64,000 nucleotides of DNA from a virus, in the IMG/VR virus record IMGVR_UViG_3300021438_000010, positions 1-64,000 of that record; one strand, given 5' to 3'. The notes under the pieces were generated by a model. The model searched no databases and had not been told where the DNA came from. It worked only from the letters and a program-made list of their open reading frames with translations. Each line of letters starts with the position of its first letter. Position 1 is the stretch's first letter. Made by a program: the position numbers and the translations under genes. Of this stretch, positions 38,887-49,631 are shown in pieces.

Positions 38887-39365
38887 GATCGTTTACCTTT
38901 CTCAAGTAATATATCAGCTTTTCTCTTTAGTTCAAACACTTTGCCGTCTAGTGATTGCAATCTAGCCTCTGCTACTTCTCTCATATTTTCTAGAGATGCG
39001 GCATACGAGTTACTGTTAGCAAGAATATGTTTTTTAGATTCATGTTTTGTATATTGCCCAAATTCATGTTGATTTTTTACTATCATTTTTTCCATCTGAT
39101 CGTTGCACCAATTTAAAGCAACCTTATTTTTATTTACTTCATCTTGAATATATGTGGCATATCCATAAAGTAAATATGCAGCATCAAACAATTCCTGCTG
39201 TGAAGTTTTTCTTAGTTGATCTAATGATAAATCAGCAACCATCAAATATTCTTCTCTAAAAGAAGAAAATTTAGTATTGCTACTGTTTATGTAATCATTT
39301 ATTAGTGTTATATGTTCTGCTAACTTATCAGATGCCTTTGATTCTTTTTCTCCACTCATCGTCAC
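38883..39365 (-). CDS. Coiled-coil protein, possibly a UvsY-like recombination mediator
   Basis: All-helical; ends RLQSLDGKVFELKRKAD; lies between recA and dnaB. Confidence 0.35.
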   Translation of the reverse strand: MTMSGEKESKASDKLAEHITLINDYINSSNTKFSSFREEYLMVADLSLDQLRKTSQQELFDAAYLLYGYATYIQDEVNKNKVALNWCNDQMEKMIVKNQHEFGQYTKHESKKHILANSNSYAASLENMREVAEARLQSLDGKVFELKRKADILLEKGKRS

Positions 39366-39750
39366 TTTCTGAATATTTTAGGGTTATTAGTTCAATTCCA
39401 TTCAACTCGCACCAATTTATTTTATCATCGTCACGAACTTGACCTTTTATGAAGTCTGCTTTGCTCTTATGAAAGAATGGGTTGTATTCATAATGCTGTT
39501 CTCCGTGGACTTCAACTCCAAGTTTAATAGAAGGAATGTAAAAGTCAAGATACAGTACAGATTTTCTATGTAAGGCTGTGCTTCCCGGTAATTTTACTTC
39601 TTCTAATATTCTATAACTATTGTAGATTTCTTTTAGTAGGTTTCTAGCACGAATATGATATTTAGATCTCTTACGTTTATCATCATTAAAAACATCATAC
39701 CCAGTTAGGTTCCATGTATACTCTTTGCCATTTATTCCTTTTACTTTCAT
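39328..39750 (-). CDS. PD-(D/E)XK (Vsr/DUF559-like) endonuclease
   Basis: LDFYIP..VEVHGEQHY..RDDDK..WCELNGIELI. Confidence 0.75.
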   Translation of the reverse strand: MKVKGINGKEYTWNLTGYDVFNDDKRKRSKYHIRARNLLKEIYNSYRILEEVKLPGSTALHRKSVLYLDFYIPSIKLGVEVHGEQHYEYNPFFHKSKADFIKGQVRDDDKINWCELNGIELITLKYSESDDEWRKRIKGI

Positions 39751-39752
39751 AA

Positions 39753-40514
39753 CTACCAATATAATACTAGATTATTATGTAATGTTTCTGGGGTTTCTTT
39801 AATAATATTAGAATTTTTTATTATGTCTTGTATATCATGTGCATGATATGTCATTCTACTATCAGTAGAACTATTATTAAATGTTATATATCCATGCTTA
39901 GAATTTTGTAAAATATACATATAATTATCTTGTACGTGTTTTGGTAGCTCAGAAAATGCGTAATTACTTATAACTAAATCATATTTATCATTGTCTTGAA
40001 TAGGGTATGTTAGATGCTTGATCTTTGTGCTTAATCCTATGCGTTCCAAGTAAAGTTTGGATAATCTGTTTACATCATATAAATCAACTAATGTATAGGA
40101 TTTGATATTAAAAAATATATCTATTATTTTACATTGACCGCCATATCCACCACCTATTTCGCATATGTTATAATTACTTAGACTACCAAATAAATTACGT
40201 AAATCGCATAGTACTTTTATATATCTAAGAGTCGATGGAGAAATATATCCAATGTGTTCATTTCTATAATCTTGTATATTTGATCCACCTAAGATATCAT
40301 TTTCTTTGAACATTTCTATTTTAGACATTATCTCTCTATCTTTTTTTATTTCTTTAATATAAGACAGTCCTTGATTATAATCTAGATGTTCTAAGACAAT
40401 ATTATACGCCGGATTGGATTTAAATGTATGAAAATATTTGTCATCTGATACAGCTGATCTACATGCATCAATATATCCATGATACCACGAATCATTTATA
40501 TTCCAAACATCCAT
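39753..40514 (-). CDS. Putative sugar O-methyltransferase
   Basis: TLRY, ICEIGGGYGG, LVDL, DLVISNYAFSE. Confidence 0.8.
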   Translation of the reverse strand: MDVWNINDSWYHGYIDACRSAVSDDKYFHTFKSNPAYNIVLEHLDYNQGLSYIKEIKKDREIMSKIEMFKENDILGGSNIQDYRNEHIGYISPSTLRYIKVLCDLRNLFGSLSNYNICEIGGGYGGQCKIIDIFFNIKSYTLVDLYDVNRLSKLYLERIGLSTKIKHLTYPIQDNDKYDLVISNYAFSELPKHVQDNYMYILQNSKHGYITFNNSSTDSRMTYHAHDIQDIIKNSNIIKETPETLHNNLVLYW

Positions 40515-40515
40515 A

Positions 40516-41622
40516 TTAGTGTAATTCCTTTATCTTATCGTAAAGAAATGATGAGATTGCCGTATTACTATTCAAGAACTCAGCCACGTTATTTACTCCT
40601 TGAAACTTAAAAAATCTTTCTATCTCATCTAGAGTTTTACCTATCTGATTTTCTTCTAATACTTTTGCAACTATTGGATTATTTGGTTCATCTACAGCAC
40701 ACTGTATAGTATACCAAGCTCCAGCCGCCTTTATAAGTCTGAACTCACAGGCAATTTGAATTATTTCCTGCACTTCATCAACTCCGACTCCGTACTTAAT
40801 CCAACTTTCTGCTGTGCTATTTGGTCTACCGCCAGCTGTAGATGTTTTTATTACCCAGTTTGCTATTTGACCAACGTGAACACCTGTGTCTTTTGGCACT
40901 TGCCACTTTCCACGATGAGTAATTACCATGTTTGTACCAGCTTGATATTGTAACATGTTTCCACAATCTGCCATCTTTTGCGGTGCATAAGGAGATCCGC
41001 CAGTATTAGCAATATTATGAGTAATGCAAATTAGTATGGTCTTATTCTTCATTAAAGTACCACTAATACGCTTGAAGAACATAGACAACAATCTAGGTAA
41101 AGCATTTCTTACACCAGTTCTGACTTCTCCCTCTAATTCACATGCTGGAACCATATTAGACAATGAGTCCGTAATGATAACACAGCCGGGATCATTGTTA
41201 ATATAAAACTCAATAATATTTAGAAAATCTTCTGCCGATAGAACTCTTTCGTCAGTTGATTCTATAATGATAATATTGTCTGGCTCTAGACCCCTAATAC
41301 CATCAAAATTTTGCTTAGATAGTCTACCTTCTGTATTAATGTAGATAATTCTTTTATTAAGTTTTTGACACTTGGCGGCAAAATGAAGGGCTGTTGTCGT
41401 TTTCCCGCTTTTTGGATCTCCTGTCATTACAACAACGGACCCTTCTCTGAGTCCACCACCCAAAGCGATATCCAATGCTGGTGATATACCGATGACGCTA
41501 AGATTATTTATGTTTTGAAGAACTTCTGTTCCACTTCTAACAACATCTCCATATTTACTTACTATTGAATTGCTAACTGCATCCTCTGAAAACTTACCCG
41601 ATGTCTTTTTAGTTTTGCTCAT
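40516..41622 (-). CDS. recA: RecA/UvsX-like recombinase
   Basis: ALDIALGGG, GDPKSGKTT Walker A, INTEG, IITDSL, AAGAWY. Confidence 0.9.
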   Translation of the reverse strand: MSKTKKTSGKFSEDAVSNSIVSKYGDVVRSGTEVLQNINNLSVIGISPALDIALGGGLREGSVVVMTGDPKSGKTTTALHFAAKCQKLNKRIIYINTEGRLSKQNFDGIRGLEPDNIIIIESTDERVLSAEDFLNIIEFYINNDPGCVIITDSLSNMVPACELEGEVRTGVRNALPRLLSMFFKRISGTLMKNKTILICITHNIANTGGSPYAPQKMADCGNMLQYQAGTNMVITHRGKWQVPKDTGVHVGQIANWVIKTSTAGGRPNSTAESWIKYGVGVDEVQEIIQIACEFRLIKAAGAWYTIQCAVDEPNNPIVAKVLEENQIGKTLDEIERFFKFQGVNNVAEFLNSNTAISSFLYDKIKELH

Positions 41623-42134
41623 AAATTCCTCAATTTGTTCAACGTTGTCCTTTTTGTATTATAGCTACCAGAAGCTCTGGTTTCAAGTGTTGTATTTTCT
41701 TGTTTGACTTCAAAATTTACTTGAGGCTTATTTTTTTCTTCTTCAAGTTTTTTATGATACTTGGCTATAACTTTTTCGGCTTCTGGATTTATTTTGTATC
41801 CTCTTCCATTTTGAACTCCAAGTACAAGCAATTTATCGAAGTCTTTAGATTGTATAGCTTGCAATATAGCTTCTTCACTATATTTTTTCTTGAGTTGAAC
41901 AGCAGCACCATGCTGCTTTTTCCATAGCCAATGCAAAGGATCTCCCTTAGTCCAGAATTTATATGCTGGTTTACCAAGATTCAACTTTTCTGATCTTCTT
42001 ATAACTATATATTCAGCAACATAAGATTCAAATGTACAATATTCACCGGTGTGAATGTGCTTGTATTTGTGAGTCTCTGACCATTGCTTTTGATAATCTT
42101 GATTAAAAAGCTCAGGTTTTTCTTTCTTCGTCAT
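41619..42134 (-). CDS. Hypothetical protein
   Basis: 171-aa ORF overlapping its neighbours within the operon. Confidence 0.6.
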   Translation of the reverse strand: MTKKEKPELFNQDYQKQWSETHKYKHIHTGEYCTFESYVAEYIVIRRSEKLNLGKPAYKFWTKGDPLHWLWKKQHGAAVQLKKKYSEEAILQAIQSKDFDKLLVLGVQNGRGYKINPEAEKVIAKYHKKLEEEKNKPQVNFEVKQENTTLETRASGSYNTKRTTLNKLRNL

Positions 42135-42546
42135 AATTATATATCAATGCTTCTTCAAAACAATTTTCAACTTTGTCTTCATCTTCAAGTTCTTGTATAA
42201 GTTCTGGAATTATCCAGATAGTTTTTCTAACTGTGTCTCCAACTAACTTCCCAATTGTAAAAGTTTGTCTAGTTGTCTTATCAAATGATCCTATTATAGA
42301 TCTTGTTAGATATACACCGTGACAATCTGACGTATCAATTTCTATTGAGTGAGATCTATATTGTAAGCCAATCTTTTTAACAGAAAGTTTTTTTTCTTTA
42401 CAATACGATTTGAGATCTAACCACTCTGAATAGTCTAATAAATATATTTCAACTCCATTTGACAGAATAGCTCTTATCCAAGTTTTATTCTTGTCGTTTC
42501 TATATTCTTCAAGCCAATCTTTGTATGATGTGATAAAATTTTTCAT
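42112..42546 (-). CDS. Hypothetical protein
   Basis: ORF within the operon; start placed at MKNFIT (ATGA overlap). Confidence 0.55.
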   Translation of the reverse strand: MKNFITSYKDWLEEYRNDKNKTWIRAILSNGVEIYLLDYSEWLDLKSYCKEKKLSVKKIGLQYRSHSIEIDTSDCHGVYLTRSIIGSFDKTTRQTFTIGKLVGDTVRKTIWIIPELIQELEDEDKVENCFEEALIYNYDEERKT

Positions 42547-42830
42547 CGTATTTTGGTGATGCAATTAGATTTGGTATTATTGATTGGTCTACGATTACTG
42601 TCGATCATAGATGAGGCATTTTCTGTCATTATCGTTGCACCGCCCTGACGAACAAATTGCTGTTCAACTATTGTTTTTGGTGCTTCAATCTTATTTTTTT
42701 TGATATGTTTTTCTATTGCACTTACAGCACGATCCAAATCTTTAGCGATTTGTTCTACCGTTTCACCTATTTTAAATTTTTCTTCTGTGTAAAAAGATTC
42801 TGCCTTTCCTAGCGGCCCAGTTTTAGCCAT
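42543..42830 (-). CDS. Small HTH-like protein
   Basis: VEQIAKDLDRAVSAIEKHI. Confidence 0.5.
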   Translation of the reverse strand: MAKTGPLGKAESFYTEEKFKIGETVEQIAKDLDRAVSAIEKHIKKNKIEAPKTIVEQQFVRQGGATIMTENASSMIDSNRRPINNTKSNCITKIR

Positions 42831-43170
42831 TTATAAAGCTCCTTTGCGATCTGGTCATATATAATGAGTTTTTAGTCTTTAAGTATGAGATATAATAATT
42901 GTATGTTTGTTGACTTACAGATTTTAATTCTAATTTTAGATTAGATTCTCTATGACTATCAGCACCATACGGATCATAAGGTTGATTCTTATAAATTAAG
43001 ATAAAATATTTAGTTTGATTTTGATTATTTCCAATGTCAACACTAATAGTTTTGGCAAAGACTAGTTCATTGTTTCCATCGGTTGGGCGACCAACTTTGT
43101 TAAACAAGATTTCTACATTTTGTTTCTTGTCAATATTTTCAATATTGTCTGATGAGCTAATAAACTTCAT
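42823..43170 (-). CDS. Hypothetical protein
   Basis: 115-aa ORF within the operon. Confidence 0.55.
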   Translation of the reverse strand: MKFISSSDNIENIDKKQNVEILFNKVGRPTDGNNELVFAKTISVDIGNNQNQTKYFILIYKNQPYDPYGADSHRESNLKLELKSVSQQTYNYYISYLKTKNSLYMTRSQRSFING

Positions 43171-43517
43171 TTTTCACCTGTCATTATGTATTTACTTTTT
43201 TGAGCCTCTGTCATTTTACTTATTTCTTTTTTGGATGCAGAGCCAAATGAAGAAAAATACGAAGCGTCCTCCGTACTTTTCTTCGATTTAGCTTCTATTT
43301 CAGACTTTTCGTAATGACCTTTTTTAGACCAATTACTATCCGCAAGACTTCCAATGGTCTTTGGTTCCTTCATAAATGAAGCTATCCCACCATATATTAC
43401 CCTTCTGAGGCTATCTTTTCCACAGCTTGGGCAAGTAACCAGTGCTTCGTCTTTTATAGACTGATAAACATCCTTCATTTCATGTGAACATTCATCACAA
43501 ATATAGTCATATAACAT
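43167..43517 (-). CDS. FmdB-family zinc-ribbon protein
   Basis: YDYICDECSH..Q.I.D..LVTCPSCG..LRRVI. Confidence 0.85.
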   Translation of the reverse strand: MLYDYICDECSHEMKDVYQSIKDEALVTCPSCGKDSLRRVIYGGIASFMKEPKTIGSLADSNWSKKGHYEKSEIEAKSKKSTEDASYFSSFGSASKKEISKMTEAQKSKYIMTGEK

Positions 43518-43524
43518 TTTTTCC

Positions 43525-44211
43525 TCAAGATTCTAGAGCGTGTAAGACCGCTCCTAATATTCCATTTCTTTGTATATCTTGATAACCTAGACTGCAAATA
43601 CCAATACCATTGATATTACTTAATTTATCTATACATTCTAATAGCCCATTTCCGCGATATAAATCTGTTTGTTTTGTATCGCCATTTATCATGACTTTAG
43701 AATTTTCACCCATTCTTGTGATAAACATTTTAATCTGTTCAAGGGTACAATTTTGTGCTTCATCTAAAATCATATAAGCATTATGAAATGTTGATCCTCT
43801 CATTGTTTCTAACGGCTCAAATCTAATTCTTCTAGTATTATAATACAATCCAAACTTATCTCTACCTAGAAAATACTTAAGATTTTCTTCCATTGGCTGT
43901 AGATATGGTTTAATTTTTTCTCCCAGTTCTCCCGGTAACGAACCAATATCTTTACCAGTACAAACTAATGGTCTTGTTACTATAATAGATTCTATCTTAT
44001 CCTTCATAAGATGTTCAGCAGCTATACCGGCAGCAATAAAAGATTTGCCAGTACCAGATGGTCCAGTGCAAAAGATAATATCATTTTCAACAATAGATAA
44101 GATATATTCTTTTTGATTGTCCGTTTTAGCTATTAAAACATTTTCTTTAGGAGTTTGCTTTTTATTTTTTTTATTATTCTTTCTCGGGTTGTTATTTGCC
44201 GCTGCTGCCAA
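43525..44211 (-). CDS. phoH: PhoH-family ATPase
   Basis: GPSGTGKS, TRPLV, GSLPG, MRGSTF, ILDEAQN, TRMG, GDTKQTD. Confidence 0.95.
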   Translation of the reverse strand: MAAAANNNPRKNNKKNKKQTPKENVLIAKTDNQKEYILSIVENDIIFCTGPSGTGKSFIAAGIAAEHLMKDKIESIIVTRPLVCTGKDIGSLPGELGEKIKPYLQPMEENLKYFLGRDKFGLYYNTRRIRFEPLETMRGSTFHNAYMILDEAQNCTLEQIKMFITRMGENSKVMINGDTKQTDLYRGNGLLECIDKLSNINGIGICSLGYQDIQRNGILGAVLHALES

Positions 44212-44611
44212 AGCCGTTGTCTCCTCGTTGCGAGGAACCTAACGTTTCATGGACCTCCATACTTACGCGAGGAACCTCTTGGAATATAATCTGAGCGATT
44301 CTATCCCCGGTATTTATACCAACAACCTCATCAGAGGTATTATATAAACATACCATTATTTCTCCTCTATATCCGCTATCCACTACTCCAGCCAAAACAT
44401 CAATTCCCTGTTTAACTGATAAGCCCGATCTGGGCCAAATTAAACCGGCTAGATGGTCTGGCATTTGCAATGCTATCCCCGTTCTGACAGTCTTACGTTG
44501 TTTTGGTGGTATGACAGTATCAAGTATTGAATATAAATCAAATCCTGCGTCATTTTGATTAGCTTTGGTTGGAACTTTCGCTTTGCCATCAAGTAATTGT
44601 ACAGAAATCAT
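44192..44611 (-). CDS. dut: dUTPase (trimeric)
   Basis: AGFDL, PRSG, GVVDSGYRGE, GDRIAQ, RGDNGFGSSG. Confidence 0.97.
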   Translation of the reverse strand: MISVQLLDGKAKVPTKANQNDAGFDLYSILDTVIPPKQRKTVRTGIALQMPDHLAGLIWPRSGLSVKQGIDVLAGVVDSGYRGEIMVCLYNTSDEVVGINTGDRIAQIIFQEVPRVSMEVHETLGSSQRGDNGFGSSGK

Positions 44612-45687
44612 AGATCAAATCCTCCTAGGTCAACATCCTCTAAATCATTTTTACTAGCACCAATTTTATACGAAGTAATTTCATGTTCTTGTGGTGCAAC
44701 TTGTACTGATTCACTATTCATCCAAGGGTCAGTCCATCCAGATATTGGATTTCTAGTACCTTTATCATATGGCAAACCTATGTTTTTTCTTCTAGTCATG
44801 CATAGCCAATCTATATACTCTGCCATGACTTTTTCATTTAGACCAATAATTGATCCATCTTTAAATAGATACTCTGACCATGCTTTTTCTTCATTCGCTG
44901 CTGATTCAAACATAGCAACTGCTTCTTCTTGGCACTCTTCTGCTATCTTTACGAAACCTTCTTCTGGAACGCTATGAAGAATTTTAATAATTTCTTGAGT
45001 ATTATAAAGATGTAATGCTTCATCGCGTTTGATGAGTTTGATAATATCCGCATTCCCAATCATTTTCTTATTTTCTGCAAATGCGAATGCACAAATAAAT
45101 GATACATAAAATCGAACCGCCTCAAGGATGTTAACGCTAATGAGAGTTAGGTAAATCTGCTTTTTTATATCTTTGACTTTGCCGGAATGACCTATTTCTC
45201 GTAAAGCGTTATATTCTTTGATTGCTACGTTAGCTCTTTTAAGAATTTCTTTGTCTGTTAAGCAGCTATCTAATATTTCGCTAGGATTATTATATACATT
45301 CTTAATAATATATGTATAGCTGTAACTATGAATTTGTTCGAAAAATTGCCAAACATTCATACACGCTTCTAATTCTGGATTAGAAACATATTCTGTGAGA
45401 GTTGGCACACCACGACAGATAACACTATCCATCATGGTTTGATACTTAAGATTAGAAGTAAAGATAAAACGCTCATTCTCTGACATTATATCGTCATTCT
45501 TGAAATCGTTTCTATCTTTCTTCAATTCTATTTCTTCTGGCCTCCAGAAGAACTCAATCTGTTTCTTGTATAGATCAAAAAATACAGGATATTTAAACTT
45601 GTCATATCTCTGTAGAGAAAGATCTTCGCCTAGAAAAAGCGGTTGAGCAAGATAATCAACGTTATGTTTATTTAGTATTGTTTTCAT
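44608..45687 (-). CDS. nrdB: Ribonucleotide reductase class Ia beta subunit
   Basis: FFWRPEE, MDS, EQIHSYSY, LEAVRFYVSF, RDEALH, QVAPQE. Confidence 0.95.
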   Translation of the reverse strand: MKTILNKHNVDYLAQPLFLGEDLSLQRYDKFKYPVFFDLYKKQIEFFWRPEEIELKKDRNDFKNDDIMSENERFIFTSNLKYQTMMDSVICRGVPTLTEYVSNPELEACMNVWQFFEQIHSYSYTYIIKNVYNNPSEILDSCLTDKEILKRANVAIKEYNALREIGHSGKVKDIKKQIYLTLISVNILEAVRFYVSFICAFAFAENKKMIGNADIIKLIKRDEALHLYNTQEIIKILHSVPEEGFVKIAEECQEEAVAMFESAANEEKAWSEYLFKDGSIIGLNEKVMAEYIDWLCMTRRKNIGLPYDKGTRNPISGWTDPWMNSESVQVAPQEHEITSYKIGASKNDLEDVDLGGFDL

Positions 45688-47912
45688 ATTGAGCAAGACC
45701 CCGATTCACATCCAGATGATTTTTCAGTATTTCCGTCACCATCCGGCGTGTTGCAATAGTAAAAGTTCTTTACACCATATTTATACCCCTGTATTTGATC
45801 TTTTATCAAAACGCTCAAGGGAATATTGCCGTCAGGGTAATGAGAATAATTATAATATAAATTAACACTTATGCTCATATCTACGAATTTCTGTAAAATA
45901 GCACAAATATTTAAAATAGCTTTATTATTTTCCATTTCCCACGCTAAAGTATAATAATTCTTACGAGAGGCATAATTAGGCACCAACTGCTTTAGAATGC
46001 CGTTTTTAGCCTTCTTGTAGGACATTAGACTCCTAACGGGTTCAATGCCATTTGTGCTATTCTGGATGACGCTAGAGGACTCACAGGGCATTATGGCAGT
46101 TAGGGTAGAGTGTCTTAGTCCATACTGCTTAATTCTGGAACGAAGACCTTCCCAATCCATAGTATACTCTGGCTTAACTAGTTCGTCAACTGTTTTTTTG
46201 TACCAATCAATAGGAAGCAATCCGCGAGAATATTTAGTCTCATTAAATTTACTACATGGTCCCTTAAGTCTAGCAAGTTTGCAAGATTCATTAAGCAAAT
46301 ACCACTGAATCTTTTCCATAGTTTCATGGACTAATTTTAGTGCTTCTGGATCATCATACTTAAGCTTGTGCTTTGCCAAAAATGCTGCGAAGTTGGTTAT
46401 TCCTACTCCTAAAGATCTACGATTTTTAGTGAAATTCTCTCCAGCCTTAACTGGATAATCTTGATAATCAATTATTGATTCTAATGATCTTACTACAATT
46501 GAACATGCTTTTTCTATATCTTTTTCATTTTCTAATTCAAGTAAGTTTAGTGCTGAAAGAATACAAATACCGATTTCGCCCTCTTCGTCATCAATAGATG
46601 ATATTGGAACTGTGGGGTGAAGAATTTCTTGGCACAAATTACTCATATAAACTGGAGCGTCCCATGACCCATGTTCATTGGCGTTATCAATATTCATTAC
46701 ATAGATGCGACCAGTTTCTAGTCTTTCTTTAGTAAAAATCTCAGCTAGCTTTCTAGCGTTAATTTTCTTCTTCATTTTTACATGGCGAGAGTTCTCATAC
46801 TTCTCATATAGTTTTTTAAAGTCTTCATTGTTATTCATAGAACTATAAAGACCGCCAGTTTCATGTGGACTCATCAAAGTGATATCTTCATTCTTAATTA
46901 AGCGTTCATAGAAAAGCTTGTTGAACTGAACAGAGTAATCCAACTTCCTTACTCTATTATCGTCAGTTCCAGCGTTATTCTTGAGAGTCATTACATCTTC
47001 AATCTCATAATGCCAAAATGGAATATGAACAGTCGCAGAACCGCCGCGAATACCATTTTGGCTTGTGGCCTTGACTGTAGATTCAAATATCTTTAAGTAT
47101 GGGATAAGACCGGTGTGAATAACTTCTCCACCTCTTATACTTGAATTGATAGGTCTAATTCGCCCAATATTTAAACCAATGCCAGCCCTTCTTGCTGTAT
47201 ACTTTCCCACCGCGTGTACACTTGAGAATATAGAACTTAAATCATCTTCAACGTCTACCAATACGCAACTAGCAAACTGCTTGATTTTAGTTCTCACGCC
47301 AGCCATGATTGGGGTTGGAAGATTAATTTTAAATGTGGAGAAACATTCATATGCTTCTTCTACATCCTCTGCTGTCTCAAATAGAGACATAGCAATGCAT
47401 ACATAAGCAAACTGTGGTGTTTCATATATCTTACCAGTTGATCTATTTTTGATAAGATACTTATCTATCATTTGCTGTAACCCCGCATAGGTAAATAGAT
47501 AATCTCTATCGTGGTCGATAAACTTTTCTATCTTATTGATTTGATCTTCACTCCATTTGTGAAGTATAGCCTCATCATATACTCCAGCTTCTACATTGCT
47601 TTTTATATGAGATAAAAGACTTGGTGGAGAATCATACTTTTCCCATAAATCTTTCCTAAGAGACATATTCAGTAATCGTGATGCAACATACTGATAATTG
47701 GGTTTGCTTGGAGATGTTAGATCATTGGCAGATTTGATTAAGATTTGATGGATTTCTTCTGTTGTTATTCCATCTTTTAAAGAGAGCTTGGCATTCATCT
47801 CTATGTCTGACCAAGAAACGTTAGCGATGTCTTTAATCGCCCATTCTACAACCTTATGAATTTTTTCAACTGTATAGACTTCGAAACTACCGTTCCTCTT
47901 CTGAACGCGCAT
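45684..47912 (-). CDS. nrdA: Ribonucleotide reductase class Ia alpha subunit with an ATP cone
   Basis: VQKRNG ATP cone, PTPIMAG, SCVL, SNLCQE, MPCESSS..NSTNGIEP, C-terminal CESGSC; no intein seen. Confidence 0.97.
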   Translation of the reverse strand: MRVQKRNGSFEVYTVEKIHKVVEWAIKDIANVSWSDIEMNAKLSLKDGITTEEIHQILIKSANDLTSPSKPNYQYVASRLLNMSLRKDLWEKYDSPPSLLSHIKSNVEAGVYDEAILHKWSEDQINKIEKFIDHDRDYLFTYAGLQQMIDKYLIKNRSTGKIYETPQFAYVCIAMSLFETAEDVEEAYECFSTFKINLPTPIMAGVRTKIKQFASCVLVDVEDDLSSIFSSVHAVGKYTARRAGIGLNIGRIRPINSSIRGGEVIHTGLIPYLKIFESTVKATSQNGIRGGSATVHIPFWHYEIEDVMTLKNNAGTDDNRVRKLDYSVQFNKLFYERLIKNEDITLMSPHETGGLYSSMNNNEDFKKLYEKYENSRHVKMKKKINARKLAEIFTKERLETGRIYVMNIDNANEHGSWDAPVYMSNLCQEILHPTVPISSIDDEEGEIGICILSALNLLELENEKDIEKACSIVVRSLESIIDYQDYPVKAGENFTKNRRSLGVGITNFAAFLAKHKLKYDDPEALKLVHETMEKIQWYLLNESCKLARLKGPCSKFNETKYSRGLLPIDWYKKTVDELVKPEYTMDWEGLRSRIKQYGLRHSTLTAIMPCESSSVIQNSTNGIEPVRSLMSYKKAKNGILKQLVPNYASRKNYYTLAWEMENNKAILNICAILQKFVDMSISVNLYYNYSHYPDGNIPLSVLIKDQIQGYKYGVKNFYYCNTPDGDGNTEKSSGCESGSCSI

Positions 47913-47938
47913 AATTCCCTCTTTCTTTTAATCAACTA

Positions 47939-48577
47939 TCAATATTCGTTAAAAAGTTTTCTGAACAATCTTTCAAGTATAAACTTTAATATAACGGGCA
48001 ATACAACATAGATTAGCAAGAATGTTAGTACAACAGATCCATACATTACTTCTGGATCTTGTTTTACATTAGACATTACAAAATCTTTGCAGTCTCTTTT
48101 TAATTGCCTCTTGCTATATGAGTCGCACTCCGCAAAGTTTGTTCCACCTTGGCTAGCTATTGTAGCCCATTCGTTGCCATACTGCAAACATTTTTTGGCT
48201 AAAAAGTTTCTCTCTTCATCTTGATATTCAGCATCAATTTGAGCCTCTATGTCGCTAGTGTCGAAAGAGCTACCAAATAAAGCTTCTGAGTTTTCATCAT
48301 ACGAAAACTTTATATCTGGTAGATACTTTAGCTTTAGTGTACCACCCTCTTTGCCTAAAGTCAAGCCTTGAACATAGGCACTTAGTTTTATGATTTTTTT
48401 CCAAGTTACTTTTGGAAGAGACTCTGTAAAAGATAATATGATATTTTCAGAGGTATCTTTGATTATCTTTATATCTAATGGCTGTGGAAAACTTATATTT
48501 AGATTTTTAATGTCATAGCCATTTTTTGAAAATATAAAGTCAACAATTTGTTTGATTTGCGAAATTGGTATTGCCAT
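47939..48577 (-). CDS. Hypothetical protein with a C-terminal transmembrane helix
   Basis: VVLTFLLIYVVLPVILKFIL. Confidence 0.6.
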   Translation of the reverse strand: MAIPISQIKQIVDFIFSKNGYDIKNLNISFPQPLDIKIIKDTSENIILSFTESLPKVTWKKIIKLSAYVQGLTLGKEGGTLKLKYLPDIKFSYDENSEALFGSSFDTSDIEAQIDAEYQDEERNFLAKKCLQYGNEWATIASQGGTNFAECDSYSKRQLKRDCKDFVMSNVKQDPEVMYGSVVLTFLLIYVVLPVILKFILERLFRKLFNEY

Positions 48578-48578
48578 A

Positions 48579-49055
48579 TTAATTCTTCTGTATTAGTGAC
48601 CAAGCCAAACCCATAAACCTATCTGATAACTTGTTTTTTTCTTCATCTGATAATTTGTGATTATCATCGCCAGTGACCCCAGTGATAAGACCCAATACGC
48701 CATCATCAAACGATTCGTACTTGTCTTTTATAGAGCCTTGGAAAAAATCGGTTGCCGCTAAAACCAAGAGATCATTTAATTGTTGCAAATCAGTATCATA
48801 CTTTTTAATACGATTGGCAAATTCTTGACTATAAATAGCAACTTTAGCCCTATCAGTTGGATCAGTGATCAATGATGATACTGGCTTGACTAGTTCAACT
48901 ATTTCATCACTTGGTTTGTCAATATTTAGAATAGCAACTTCTGGTTTTGGTGATATTGGAATTACACTTAATATTGGTTGATATAAAGCTATTCCTATCA
49001 AAACAAGTGCTAATAAATTTCTGACCTTAAGAAACTTTTCCATCGTTGTCCTCAA
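48579..49055 (-). CDS. Membrane-anchored hypothetical protein
   Basis: N-terminal LLALVLIGIALY TM/signal followed by a helical domain. Confidence 0.6.
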   Translation of the reverse strand: MRTTMEKFLKVRNLLALVLIGIALYQPILSVIPISPKPEVAILNIDKPSDEIVELVKPVSSLITDPTDRAKVAIYSQEFANRIKKYDTDLQQLNDLLVLAATDFFQGSIKDKYESFDDGVLGLITGVTGDDNHKLSDEEKNKLSDRFMGLAWSLIQKN

Positions 49056-49302
49056 TTACTTTGTTTAATAGTGGAAATACTTCGTCTAATTTCTCAGACG
49101 CTACTGTTAAATGGTATTCATCGCATTTGTTTTTTAGCTGATACCATAAACTAACTATTTCCAAGAATCCCTCTTCTTTATTTTCTAAAATTTTGGCATT
49201 AGACTTAGCAAATAGTCTAGACACCCAGTATGGAATATCTACAAAATTAGTTGCTAATATAAGCAGAGCAATTACAATTAACCAAACATTCCACGATTCC
49301 AT
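49027..49302 (-). CDS. Small membrane protein
   Basis: N-terminal WLIVIALLILAT. Confidence 0.6.
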   Translation of the reverse strand: MESWNVWLIVIALLILATNFVDIPYWVSRLFAKSNAKILENKEEGFLEIVSLWYQLKNKCDEYHLTVASEKLDEVFPLLNKVIEDNDGKVS

Positions 49303-49306
49303 CTTA

Positions 49307-49621
49307 TTACCTCTTTAAATTAGTGGTCTTTGCATGAAATGGGCATACTGTTTTATGACCATCTCCTTGAACAATTATTCCTGTACCTTTGCAAACGCAT
49401 TTTGCGGGATCTGGATCAGTATCCACAACTGGCTGTGGTTTTGGATCTACTTTGAAAACCTCTTTCTCTGCGTTGTCAAAAGCTGTCTTACACTTTTCTT
49501 GCCACTCCGTTACGTAAGAAGAGTACATATTTGTTATATCTTCTGGATTAACAGAAAACATATTATTTGAGCATCCAGCAAAAATAACTAGAAATAAAAT
49601 TAATAATATTTTTGTTTTCAT
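49307..49621 (-). CDS. Lipoprotein with a C-terminal Cys/His motif
   Basis: MKTKILLILFLVIFAG-C lipobox; Pro-rich linker; CVCKGTG..DGH..CPFH. Confidence 0.65.
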   Translation of the reverse strand: MKTKILLILFLVIFAGCSNNMFSVNPEDITNMYSSYVTEWQEKCKTAFDNAEKEVFKVDPKPQPVVDTDPDPAKCVCKGTGIIVQGDGHKTVCPFHAKTTNLKR

Positions 49622-49631
49622 AACTAACACT

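Noticed and set aside
44608-47912. Introns or inteins in nrdA/nrdB (common hotspots)
   Set aside because: Both genes are continuous and of normal length
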